64,000 nucleotides of DNA from the human T2T-CHM13v2.0 reference genome, Homo sapiens, in NCBI RefSeq assembly GCF_009914755.1, contig NC_060942.1; one strand, 5' to 3'. Position numbers and translations under genes: made by a program. The notes under the pieces are model-generated. The model was given only the letters and a program-made list of their open reading frames with translations. It did not search any database and was not told the DNA's origin. Positions 27,444 to 39,569 of this stretch are shown here, in pieces (the stretch's first letter is position 1; each line of letters begins with the position of its first letter).

Positions 27444-27650
27444 TCAATAAATTCTTATTGAATCAAATCTGAATAATCCAACATTAACAATAATAATGTT
27501 TAACAAATTCAGTCATTTTCTTCCAATTTTCACTGATAGTCTTGATTGTAATGTTTTCATTTTGATATTAAAAATATCCTAGTTTTATTATGATTTATAT
27601 TTCTATTCTCAGTAGAGGATGACAATAGGCTTAAATTTCATATAGTTGCC

Positions 27651-27930
27651 CCTGTATTCCATGCATGTTCTTCCTTACCTCCCTTGTAGAGTAGTAGACT
27701 GATTTCATCTTGACAGTCCAGGGCAATCACCCCACCCAACACTGCAACTCCCTTCTTAGCCTGTTGATTTAAAGGTAGGAGGAGCCCAAAGTGTCCAGGT
27801 GGCAATCTTAACTTCCAGTTTAATGGCATCATTGTTGTGTCTCCTGGTGGCAGCATTCCTTCCTCTGGAACTAAGATCTCTAGGCCAGCAGAAGGTAATG
27901 TTGCAGGAACAGGAAGCAAAACGTTTGCTA
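27651..27930 (-). pseudogene. ERV-L dUTPase remnant, C-terminally truncated
   Basis: SAGLEIL...LPPGHFGLLLP...GVAVLGGVIALDCQDEISLLL match dUTPase motifs 1-3 (degenerate). Confidence 0.85.
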
Positions 27931-29720
27931 ATGGATCACTAGGGGTGACGGTGAGTGGTGCCACTTCTACTTCCACTCCTTGATTCCTCGACCCTGAATT
28001 CTGGCTATGGGAGAAACAGGACCATATATAGGATGCTGATTCAGAGCATACATGGCCTTCTGGAGAACTTTGTCCCAGCTCTGCAGAGTATTGTCACATA
28101 GTTGGCATTGTAATTGTGACTTCAAAAGGCCATTCCAAAATTCTATCAGTCCAGCTCCTTCAGGATGATGGGAAACATGGTAAGATCAGTGAATTCCATG
28201 AGCATGAGCCCACTGCTACACTTCTTTAGCCATAAAGTGAGTGCCTTGGTCAGAGGCAATGCTGTATGGAATACCATGACAGTGGGTAAGGCATTCCTTG
28301 AGTTCACAAATGGTAGTCTTGGCAGAAGCACTGGGTGCAGGATAAGCAAACCCATAGCCGTAGTAAGTGTGTATTCCAGTGAGGACAAACCTCTGCCCTT
28401 TCCATGATGAAAGATGTCCAATATAATCAACTTAACACCAGGTAGCTGGCTGATCACCCTGAGGAATGGTGCTATATCGCGGGCTCAGTGTTGGTCTCTG
28501 CTGCTGGCAAACTGGGCACTCAGCAGTGGCCATAGCCAGGTCAGCCTTGGTGAGTGGAAGTCTATGTTGCTGAGCCCATGTGTAACCTCCATCCCTACTA
28601 CCATGGCCACTTTGTTCATAGGCCCATTGGGCGATGACAAGGGTGGCTGGGGAAAGAGGCTGAGTGTTGTCCACAGAACGGGTCATCCTATCCACTTGAT
28701 TATTAAAATCCTCCTCTGCTAAGGTTGCCCGTTGGTGAGCACTCATGTGGGATACAAATATCTTCATGGTTTTTGACCACTCAGAGAAGTCCATCCACAA
28801 ACCTCTTCCCCAAATTTCTTTGTCACCAATTTTCCAATCATGTTTCTTCCAAGTCCCTGACTATCCAGCCAAGCCATTGGCTACAGCCCACAAATCACTA
28901 TATAATCACACATCTGGCCATTTCTTCTTCCATGCAAAGTGCACAACCAGGTGCACTGCTCAAAGTTCTGCCCATTGGGAAGATTTACCTTCACCACTTT
29001 CCTTCAGGAATGTCCTAGAAAGGGGCTGTAGTGCTGCAGCTGTCCACTTTTGGGTGGTGCCTGTGTGTCGTGCAGAACCATCTGTGAACCAGGCCCTAGT
29101 CTTCTCTTTCTCTGTCAACTGATCATGGGGAACTCCCCATGAGGCCATTGGTACAGGCTGGGGATGAGAAGGTAGGGTGGCAGGAGTGGAAACCATGGGC
29201 ATTTAAGCCACTTCCTTATGTACCTTACTTGTGTCTTCAGGAACTGCTCGAACCCGATTATGTATATACTACATCCATTTGTGATGGAATGCTGCTGTGC
29301 ATGACCCACTTTATGGCTAGATGGGTCAGAAAGCACCCAGTTCATGACAGGCAGTTCAGGTTGCATGGTGACTTGGTGACCCATAGTCAAACGTTCAGTT
29401 TCCACCAAAGTCCAGTAACAGGCCAAGAGCTGTCTCTTAAACAGAGAGTAGTTATCTGCAGAAGATGGAAGGTCCTTGCTTCAAAATCCTAGAGGCCTCC
29501 TCTGTGATTCACCTATAGGGTCCTGCCAAAGGCTCCAAACAGAATTCCTACTACCACTGACACCTCAAGCATCATTGGATCTGCTGGTTCCTATGGCCCA
29601 AGTGGCAGAGCAGGTTGCACAGCAGCCTGCACCTGTTGCAAAGCCTTCTCCTGTTCTGGACCCCACTCAAAACTGGCAGCCTTTCAGGTCACTTGATAAA
29701 TGGACTGGAGTAACACAAAT
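27930..29720 (-). pseudogene. pol: Disrupted ERV-L pol (RT C-terminus, RNase H, integrase)
   Basis: RAWFTDGSA and SSQWAEL (RNase H); SGHG...ECPVC (IN zinc finger); VDYIG (D at 28426-28428), SDQG (D at 28249-28251), LIE (E at 28141-28143) give D,D(35)E; multiple stops and frameshifts. Confidence 0.9.
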
Positions 29721-29724
29721 GCTA

Positions 29725-30140
29725 TTCCCTGACTACAGGATGGTAGACTGTGATAGATATTGGGCTTACACTAGAGAACAAAAAATCAAAATGCTGCCTA
29801 CTCTCACATTTCTTATAGACTAGTCAGGAAGACAAGGCTTAAATAATTACATGAATGAACACATAATTAGTGCTAATTGCTGGAAAGAAAGGTACATATG
29901 AGAAGGGAACCAAACTTTTCTGAGGGTCAAGGAAATATTCTTGTTTAAGCTGAGACTTCAAGGACAGTTTTGGGGGAGAAAAGATGCCCATAAAGAGGGA
30001 GCAGACAGAAGGAATATGCCTGTATAAAGACCCAGTGGAAGCAGGAACAGGTGAAAGAAGACTAGAACACAAGTCTTAGACCATTTCCTGACTGAGTTTT
30101 CATCTTAAAAGCAGTGAGAAGCCATTAAAGAGCTTTATAC
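29725..30140 (-). mobile_element. L2 fragment
   Basis: tgcctactctca...cttatagactagt...tttaagctgagactt...gcagtgagaagccattaaagagcttta. Confidence 0.65.
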
Positions 30141-31454
30141 CAATGATATGCCAACAGCATCTTTTTTTTTTTTACTGGTTTGACTAATCAGAGACTCAAG
30201 TTTTTTAGTTATTTATTGCTTATGTAATTCCAGGCAATATACAATAATTGCCTCATCTTTATGGTAATTTAACCCAGTAATACAACAATTTGTATACTGC
30301 ATTTGTATTTTGAATTTGTACTTTGAAAAGTGCATGCCCATAGAAGGAACAGGACATGTCTCATTGGGTTTTAGTTCAAATGATCTAGCTTTAAAATATG
30401 TTGAAAATAATGTGACTGATGAATCATATGTGGTCTGAGCTTCAAATACTTTTTTAGCAAATTGCAGAAGGGCTATTAGGATCTGGGGGGTCAGTGAGAC
30501 AGCTTGACAAAAGCAAATGTCTTGCAAATATATGTAGAATGATACTTCAGAGAAAATATAGTCTACAGATACTTTTTATTTGATTCTGCTAAGCAAAAAA
30601 GAAATTCCAGAAATGAAATGGTCACAGAAACTTATTTCTACTTTTACAAAATGAATGTAGTGTTCTATGACACAAATAACCTAAGTATATCCAAGAGTGT
30701 CAACCTTCTAAGCTTTTGGGTTTGTTGAATTTCCCTGAAGGCTTTGGATATTATCAGGGTAGATAATCCATATGCAATATTTGAATGTGTTCTCAAGCTG
30801 TGTATGCATAGTCCTCATTTATTTCTTGTCAATCTGCAAAGCAGAGAGGGAAGAGCCAGCCTGGTGTTTAGTGATGCCTCTTCCATGGGTTTTTGTACAA
30901 TCCTCTTCTCTGTTCTGTCTAATAAAATGTAGCTAACATTTTACTTATTCTTAAAGACAGCTCAGAAATAAAAGAACCATATAAGCCTTTTTCTGTTTAT
31001 AGTGCCAATCAATTAGAGCCTTCAAGCAATTATTGACTAATTAATAGCTGTCTTAGGGAAAACAGAGAACTTAGAAGGGACTTATATGTGGAATTAAAGC
31101 AAGTTGACTCGCACAATTATATTGCTGGTAGAGCCAACATAGATAAGTTCTGAGATATTGCACAGTTTGTATAAATTATTTGAGAAAGGCTTATAAGGAG
31201 GAAAGAGAGATTCACTGCTGAATTTTTTGTTGATGATCTATTGATTTGATTTCAAGTTTACATTTTTGCATTTCATGGTAAAAATCTATGCTTTTTTTAA
31301 AAAAAAGATATACTTTCCATAATAAAATAGCATAGTGCTCTGAGAACATTTTAAAGCCCATGCTTTATTAAAGAAAAGTGAAATGTGGAATTTTGATCTA
31401 GGTTCTGTTTATTTTTGTACATAATTATCCACTGGTGTGCCTTGGTATAAATGG

Positions 31455-31475
31455 TGTGTGTGTGTGTGTGTGTGT
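31455..31475. repeat. (TG)10
   Basis: Counted directly. Confidence 0.95.
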
Positions 31476-32639
31476 ATGCAATTATTTTAAATTTGGATTA
31501 AAAACTAAATTTGGTGCAATTTTTTTCAAGCTGTATGTTAACATTATCATACAGAATGAGATCTAAGGACATCCAATGCATTAGCCTAACCAAAGCCAAT
31601 GCTATGCAATGTCGATGTCTACAATTCTTTTTAAAATTAGCAAATTACCAGATGTTTTTGGCTACTGAATATACGCTCAGCCAAAAGATAGACACATTAG
31701 GGAGTAAAAAAAGTATAAAAAACATTTTTCTGCCTCAAGAAGTTGTCAGTCTACATGAATAAATAATATTTTTTCCATGCTGATCGTAATTTGACACTTT
31801 AGGAGCCTCTCTGGTGTTGGCACAGATCTGTTTGTTTCAGAAGCACTGGTTTGTCTCTGTACACAGGGTGCAAGCGCTGAGAGTGCGAAGATGAGGTCTT
31901 GCAGTTGTGATTCTTGGCACATTTAAGAAATAGTGCAGTGTGGGTACTGGTCCGTCAGAATGGATGTTGTCATCAACCATCCATGTGGTCATACCAGTGG
32001 CCCGATTCCCAGTGCCCCCATGGTAACACTGATTTCTGTGCTTAGCACAAAGTACTTGATAAATACTTGTGCTTAATTAAGTTCTACAAAGTAAGATACA
32101 CAGATAAGTCTTTACCATCTCTGGGTGACCAAAAAGGAGTTTATAATCTGAATGTTGCTTTTCTTTTTCCTAGTTAAAAGACCATTAAGCTATTAGAGTA
32201 ATGGATTACACACTGTCGATTACAAGTAGATGAATGTCTTCACATACATTTTTCCTTTAAAAATCAATACTGAATGCAATTCAGCCAACATTAAAAATAT
32301 CCTGCAGTTATATTATCAAAAACATTGAAGTTTTAACCACACTGCCAAATAAAAATTTTATCTTTTTATTTATGGAAAATGTCTACCATTGCTTAGAATT
32401 TGATGCATTAAAAAGCATTGATTCTATCAGGAAGGAAAACCTGCTATGACCTGAGAGGGCTAATCCAATATAGGAAAATTCTTCTGGACTTTGAGATTTT
32501 CATAATTTTTTAAAATTCTTTTTAGCATTCTTTTAAAAAGCATGCTAATTATGGAAAATAAAATAAGTAATCTTTACTACAATTAAAAATAATTTTTATT
32601 ATAACAAAAATTTCCTCAATTTAAAACATACAATTAAAA

Positions 32640-32905
32640 TTAAATTAAACAATGTCATTTTGCAAACTGCTTTTTTTTCACTTAAAACATTATTAACATT
32701 GTTCCCAAAACATAATTCTTATGGGTTGCATGAAAGTCAATTATAACATATATTTCTAAACTTTCCACTTTTAAGTGTGAGGTCATTGTTTATGCCCTCC
32801 TGCTTGTATGACCAGTTATTCCTTAATATAAGTTCATGAAAATGCAATGGCTTGGTCAAAATTATATCTTTAAGGTCTTCAGTGCACATTGCCAAATTAC
32901 ACTGT
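32640..32905 (-). mobile_element. L1ME fragment
   Basis: ttttgcaaactgctttttttcacttaa...ttccttaatataagttc...attgccaaatt. Confidence 0.55.
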
Positions 32906-32909
32906 TCAA

Positions 32910-33242
32910 ATTATTATTATTACGTTTTGAGACAGGATGATCACAGCTCACTGCAACCTCGATCTCCTGGGCTCCAGCGATCCTCTTGCCTCAGCCTTCT
33001 GAGTAGCTGGAACTACAGGCACTCATCACCATGCCTGGCTACTTTTTTTCTTTTTTTGTTTTTCTTTCTTTATTTATTTCTTTTTTTTTTTTTTTTCGGT
33101 AGTAACGGAATCTCACTATCTTATCCAGATTGGTCTCAAACTTCTGGCCTCAAGCAGTAGGCTTCCAAAGCTCTAGGATTACATGCCCCACCATGGCCTT
33201 CCAAAGGTCCAGGATTACCGGTGTAAGCTTCCGTGCCCAGCC
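32910..33242 (-). mobile_element. AluJo, internally rearranged
   Basis: gatcacagctcactgcaacctcgatctcctgggctc (J type); deletion near 3' end, expanded T linker, internal duplication. Confidence 0.88.
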
Positions 33243-33953
33243 TCCTTTCAAATTCTTAAGCATCTCATAGGCAGTTCTGTAGTCACTGGATGAATTGGTA
33301 ATAGTCTTATATTACTTGGAGAAAAAGAAATGGAAGTACCTTTTCATCTTCTAGTTGAATTTAAAAGTAAACATGCTTTAGTCTTTTATTTTTCTGTTTT
33401 TACTTTTGCCATTATTTTAAACTACAGCGACAAAAGTAAAGAGTTTGTGATAAGTCAAGAATTGAGCTCCCAATATTTTCAACTCTCTTTCCAGTTCACA
33501 TCTGGAATTGTAACAATAATCACTAAAAATAGCCAGATCAACACTTCTCTAGGGCACTGCAGAAGAAACTTTTTGCAGAGGAAAGAAAGGAGCATTTCAG
33601 AAGTCTCAGAATTTGATTAATATAATTATTCAGCTATTTCCTTTTCTTTTCTTCAAGATCCTTGGTCAAAACTGGCTCAAAGAGGACAGAAATATGTATC
33701 ACCCAGGTGAGCCATGCAGTAACTAGTGTGATAGAAGTCAAATGCTGCTAGTTAGGTTGTTGGCGGAATTCACTTTACAAAGGCTCACTCTAATAACTCC
33801 TTTCTCCCGGCAAAACTGGAGAAATATTGACTTTGTCGGTGACTTGAGCAGAATAGCCAAAGGAACTAGGTGATATGCAGAATTAAACCTCTTTGGGTTT
33901 TCTGGTAGAAATAAGGAAATGAAATAAGGATATGGAAATAGGAAAGAGGGCTT

Positions 33954-34237
33954 TCTTGCTCTGTTGCCCAGGCTGGAGTGCAGTGGCACGATCTCAACTC
34001 ATTGTAACGTCCGCCTCCTGGATTCAAGCTATTCTCGTGCCTCAGACTCCCGAATAGCTGGGATTACAGGCGTGTGCTTCCACGCCCATCTAATTGTGCG
34101 TGTGTGTGTGTATTTTTAGTAGACATGGGGTTTTGCTATGTTGGCCAGGCTAGTCTCAAACTCCTGGCTTCAAGTGATCCTCCCAACTTGGCCTCCCGAA
34201 GTGCTAGGATTACAGGCATGAGCCACCACACCCAGCC
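33954..34237 (-). mobile_element. Alu (AluJb/Sz-like), tail absent
   Basis: Both arms present; (TG)n in linker; begins abruptly at tcttgctctgttgccc. Confidence 0.92.
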
Positions 34238-34937
34238 AAGATATTAAAGGTCAATTTTACTTCCACTATCAAGGCTCGATTTACTCATGGTGCAGGAAAG
34301 TTTTTGTCATATCTAGGATTGGCCCTTTACCATGCTCCTCAGGTAGTAGGTACCAACAAACAGGCTTATTCAATAGATTCATGGCTGGGTCTAAGACTAA
34401 GTTGTATGTATTTACATCATCTTCTGGGATTTTTTTTCTCTCCCTGCAGTGTGTTATCCAAAACATTTTTGAAGCTGAAAAGTTGGCTAAGCTTCTTCTC
34501 TGAACCATTTTCCAACTTACAGGGTTTTTCAGAAGCCAATGTCCTGCCAGTTTTCTAAAGGTCTAAGTCAGAACGTGGTAAACTACACAAATTGATTATT
34601 CACGTGGTGTGATCTGCATCCTCCCACTACGTAAAACTCCCTCAGCAGCAGGATCCCACTAGTATCCAAAATACATATCATTCATGTCAAGACTTTGGGT
34701 TGAAGTCTTTTTGTCAAGAAATTCTCTTTTAAAATGGAAATGGGAAGAAACAATTAATAGTTCATTTATCTATTGTCTGTGACCTGCTCATATTTTTATT
34801 TTTTGGTGCTTTCTGCTTTCCTTTATTTTTTAAAACCGTGATTAAATATTACTTTCATGGTTTTTAAAATTTAATATTTACATGTATAACCTAACATCAA
34901 TGCATTAATCTTAACACAAACTTTAATCACTTATGAT

Positions 34938-35155
34938 AAGTTTCATCAGCCTCACGACAATCGATATTTGGTGCTGGACAATGCTCTGTCATGTGTGGGA
35001 AAGGGGAAGGAGAGGGTTCTCTGTGCGTTGTAGAGCTCTATCTGCTAGATAAGAGCAACAGCGCTCCTTTCCCATTTTGACAGCTGAACATGCATCTAGA
35101 CATTGGCAATTGTCCCCTGAGGGGCAAAATCACCCCTCTCAGGTTGAAACCACTT
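34938..35155 (-). mobile_element. MER20 hAT MITE
   Basis: agacattggcaattgtcccctgaggggcaaaatcacccc...ggttgaaaccact. Confidence 0.8.
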
Positions 35156-35849
35156 ATCTATAGGTAGTAAGGCACTGATTCATTCCTCCAATCTGGATTG
35201 AGCTCCTGAGGGATATAAACACACAGAAGTTCCTGCTTCCAGGTAATGCAATTCCAGTGGATGTAAAAACCTCAGAAAGTCAGAGACCTACAAGGCCATG
35301 TGTTTCAATATAAGAGGGCAAAATAGGGAGTAGGCAGCTGGCTGGAAGGAGAACCCAAAGGGGCATTCTTTCTTCTATTCTTTTACTCGGGATTTGCCTC
35401 TTCAGAGAAAAGGCTATAATAAGTCATAGCTCTAGGAAAAAATCTAAGGAAAAGGGCACCCCCCTGGATGGATATTTGGTAGAAACTTGTGCCTTCTGGG
35501 TGCTTTAGATTAAGAACTGATCCACATATAGCTGGCTCTTTAAAATTCTTAGAATGTTCTAGATTTATTCCATCATTAGTATTATTCAGATCATCACCAT
35601 AAGCTGCAATTTATAATTCTTGTCTCACATTGTTTAGGCTATTTTTCCAAGCCCAGTATCCCTGAGTCCTCCTCTTAGTTTTGGCTATTGATGCCTCTCC
35701 CCTTCATGTCTGGGTGTATATTAGTGACCTGCTGACTTTGGCCTTATACTGCCTATTGGAGAGGAGACAGGAACTGAAACCTCATTGTTCCATTTTTTGT
35801 TACTGCCTTCATCTTACCTTGACTTGATTCTTCAACAACCTATATTACA

Positions 35850-36245
35850 TGTGTTTGGTCATTCTTGTGTTGCTATAATAAATACCAGAGACTGGATAAT
35901 TTATAAGAAAAGAGGTTTAATTGGCTCACAGCTCTACAGGCTGTACAGGAAGTATGGTGCTGGCATCTGGTTCTGGGGAGGCCTCAGGAAGCTTTTACTC
36001 ATGGCAGAAGATGAAGTGGGAGCAGGCACATCACATGGCAAAAACAGGAGCAAGAGAGCGTAGCAAGGGAGATGCAACACGCTTCACCAGATCTTGTGAG
36101 TACTCACTCACTGTTGCAAGGACAGCACCAAGCCATGAGAGATCTGCCCCCATACCCAAAGCACCTTCCACCAGGCCCACCTCCAACATTGAGGATTACA
36201 TTTCAACATGAGATTTGGGCAGTGACAAATATTCAAACTGTATCA
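35850..36245 (-). mobile_element. MSTA/MSTB solo LTR (ERVL-MaLR)
   Basis: TG...CA ends; aagaaaagaggtttaattggctcacag...ggcctcaggaagcttttactcatggcagaag; TSD ttaca/ctaca. Confidence 0.92.
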
Positions 36246-37711
36246 CTACACTAGGTAGTAATGGAGGTCTTCTATTTGTTTGACATTTTTCTTTTGTTAA
36301 GACTACCTGAAGGATCAAGGGAGAGAAGTTTTCTACTGTAAAGACTTTAGCTATGGAATGTATCACTTCCCTCTCCAATTCTCATACTGGATCATCCTGC
36401 CAATGCCTTGTACATCACAAAAAAGTTATGGTCCTTCTCCTGGAAGGATGAGCAAATTAAAGCACAAAAACTTACAGGCATATTACTCAGATGTTATTGA
36501 CTAACAAGTCTTTGCTAAAAAGATCAATCATATCTTTCCAGGCCTTTTTTTATTCCATCCCCAAAGAAGGCTGACACCTCCCATCATTTCCTGACATTTC
36601 TGATGTTCTCTGGAAATAAATAGTCCATTAGTCTTTGCGTGAAAGAACTTTGCCTTGTCTTTAGGTGGGTAACACTCTGTTCCTCATTATAATAGTTTTC
36701 CTGGGATCTATATTAACAGCATCAAACCAAATTATTTTCTCTATTCCAGATATTAAATTTCCTTTTTAAACTGAACTTGCTCATTATAGACACATTTATT
36801 ATGCCTACTGCTCTAAGAAATACATTCTTCCCTCATTCAAATCCGCACCCTCATTTTAAACATGCCATTCTCTCCACTTACTACCCCTGTGTAACCCTTC
36901 ACTTGGGGATTTAGCTTCCCTCAAATGAAAGTCCTCAGTCCATTCCGCTATCATCGCTCAATGGGGTTTTCTTATAGTGTTTGCATTTTAACCAGCTACA
37001 ATCACATTTCATTGATTCTATCTCAGCTGGTATATTATTTTTGTCAATCCACACATTTGTGAAGCCATAGATTTCTGGGGTAGATCTCTGAAAGCACTGA
37101 ACTTTACATACATGTAAATCTGCAAGCAAGAGCAAGAGAGGACCTAGGACCCAGGTGGCAGATGCCAGACCAAAACTTCTGAGTTACAGAGCTCCACCAT
37201 GAGAAATCTCAGCCAAGACATGGTTTTTTCCTTTAATTCTTCTTTCAGATGCTTCTCTTAAGGACAACATATTTAATACTAGCATTTGTATCCATATTCA
37301 GGCACTTTAAAAAGGTTACAACCTGTACAGACTACAGCTTTTATGGAATGGTATGTTTTACAACTATTGGCTCCTAATTTAGATTACTCAGCACTTACAA
37401 TCTTTATGGAATAGATCTGGAAGGTACCAGTCTCTTGTTCACTTCATTTATTTATAGTGTTCACCTAATAGCGACCTCCTTTCAGGGCAGCCTTCTACCT
37501 ATAAGAATTTCCAAGTAATGGAACTAACATTCTGCTACTGGATTCCAGACACACTCACACGGGAAACACAATTCAAATATAATGTGTTCAACTTAACCAA
37601 TCTGTGTATTGCTACTTCAAGTGGTGATCTAAATTAGACTAACTCACTGGTGAGTTCAACAGTGGTCTCAGAGCACAGTGAATCTACAGAAATCTTAGAG
37701 ATCATTTAACC

Positions 37712-37891
37712 CGATAATTCTCAAAGCGTGATCACTGAACCTCGTGATCATTGAATCAGCATCACTAGGAGCTGGCTAGAAATACAAATTTTAGGGCCCC
37801 ACCCCACATCTACTAAATCAAGACTTTGGGCTGGGTAATCTGTATTTTAGCAAGCCCACCAGATAATTCTGATACACATCTGAAACCAATG
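37712..37891 (+). mobile_element. MER5A inserted in an antisense MIR
   Basis: ttctcaaag...atcagcatcac...agaaatacaaattttagggccccacccca; TSD-like atttaacc/atctaact; MIR continues to ~38000. Confidence 0.8.
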
Positions 37892-39314
37892 ATCTAACTT
37901 GTTCTGTTTACAGTTGAGAAACTGAAACCCAGAGTAATAAAATGACCTGCTGAAAGACAGAATAGAACTATTTGGTGACAATATCAGAATGAGAACAAGT
38001 CCCAATCCTCTACCATTTCTCCTACACTGTCAATGAGGTTGCTGGCTATACATATGCAGGGTTAAAATCCTGTAAATTTCAACAGCTAGAGCCAAATCCT
38101 TCCTACATGGCCTCTTTCTTCCTACATGGCTCAGGTCAGCAATCTTGCCTGGCTTAAGTTTGAATGCCTTGGGCCATTCAGGAGTCTCCGTGTTTGTTTT
38201 TTCCCTGAGCTTCGCTTTCCTTGCTTGGATATTTTGTGAGCATCTGACCAGTACATTCAGCCACTTTAAAAGAATCTCCCAGGCCTTCCTTTGCATAGGG
38301 GCTTTGTGATTTTTTTTTTCCTGTTTTGTTTCACCATATGTTCCCCTTTTGAATCTGAGTCTCCACAAGCATCAGGAAAGACTCGGTGAAATTCTTTCTA
38401 TTTTTGCCAGAAAAGTCAAGCTAAATGCAATTCCATCTCCTAAAGTCAATTTGCAGAAGGTGTCTTTGAAACGGCCTATAAAATTGTGAGCAAATGAAGT
38501 TTCATCTTGCTGTTAACGAGGTTGCTTTGCCAAACCTGTCAGAACTGGATCTGACCCTTTTGTGTTATAGTGTCTGCTCCAGCTGGGGCTATTGGCTGTT
38601 AATCAGAAGTGTTTACACTTTTTCATGCTCACTTGATTTCCACTAGCCTGCCCAACTTGGTATTCAGAGTGGGTTCATTACAAAGAATATTGTTGCAGCC
38701 CTGTCCTGACATTTCACTGTCAACTGGCAGCGATGGGTCAATATTGCTTTTGCTACTCCTCACAAAGTAGAAAATATGCGATCACACCAATTAGGTAGTT
38801 TAAGCAATTTTTTTCTGTTCAACCTTCCTTTTAGCTGCCAAAACTGGTCTAGAATTTAAGGCGAAGGCAAGGAATTATTAGAGACCAAACCCTTGGCATC
38901 GGGTGCCAAAAAGATTAGCCTAGTGAAATACCAACATCTTTAGTAGAACAAAGATCAAAGTCAGGAACCAGAGGAAACTGTGCAGCTCTCCTACAGGCAC
39001 GTTGGTGAGAAATAGAATAATTGATCTAGTAGAAACAGGTTTCAGGAAGTCAAAGAATATTATTAATGATCTTCAAGCAAGACATTCAACAAAATGCTCT
39101 AGATTCTTCTCAATAAGCTCTTCTCTGTTTCATGGTTGCAAGCTCATTTGCAAGGTAGAGAACAGTGAAGATATTCTAGAGTTGGTTTGGTTTCTAAGAG
39201 CACTGAATCATTTAAATGTCCTGTTTATTAACTCAGCTCCTCTCTATTTTGTTTTGATTTATTGTTTTTCCTGAATTTTTACATCTGCCCCTAAACAGCC
39301 TTGTTAGTTGCATG

Positions 39315-39520
39315 TTAGGCAGTATAACGTTGGAAAATGTGTACACTTTGGAGTCAGTAAAAATTGGATTCAAATTCTAGCTTGCTTATTTTCATGACCT
39401 TGTGTGGCCCTTAAGCAAGATATTATATTGCACTTAGACTATTTATATCTGTAAATTTGGAATAAAAAGGAAAATTGATAACGTTTAGTTTTTATACTTT
39501 TAAAAACAATTTACCATTTG
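39315..39520 (+). mobile_element. MIR
   Basis: ggcagtata...ctttggagtcag...ggattcaaattctagc...atctgtaaa. Confidence 0.65.
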
Positions 39521-39569
39521 CAAAGCATTATACTAAATACCGAGGTTAAGAGAATAAATAAGAGAGACC

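Larger units (their letters stand above)
27651..29720 (-). mobile_element. HERV-L / ERVL internal fragment, no LTRs
   Basis: Collinear RT/connection, RNase H, integrase and dUTPase remnants; dUTPase after integrase is characteristic of ERV-L. Confidence 0.92.

Noticed and set aside
27638-29823. Functional (domesticated) ERV-L integrase or dUTPase
   Set aside because: In-frame stops (for example TAA just before VDYIG) and frameshifts; dUTPase motif 3 is degenerate and the C-terminal motifs are missing; no LTR promoter.
38893-38909. ttggcatcgggtgccaa as an NFI site
   Set aside because: Spacer is 7 nt rather than the 5 nt of TTGGC(N5)GCCAA.
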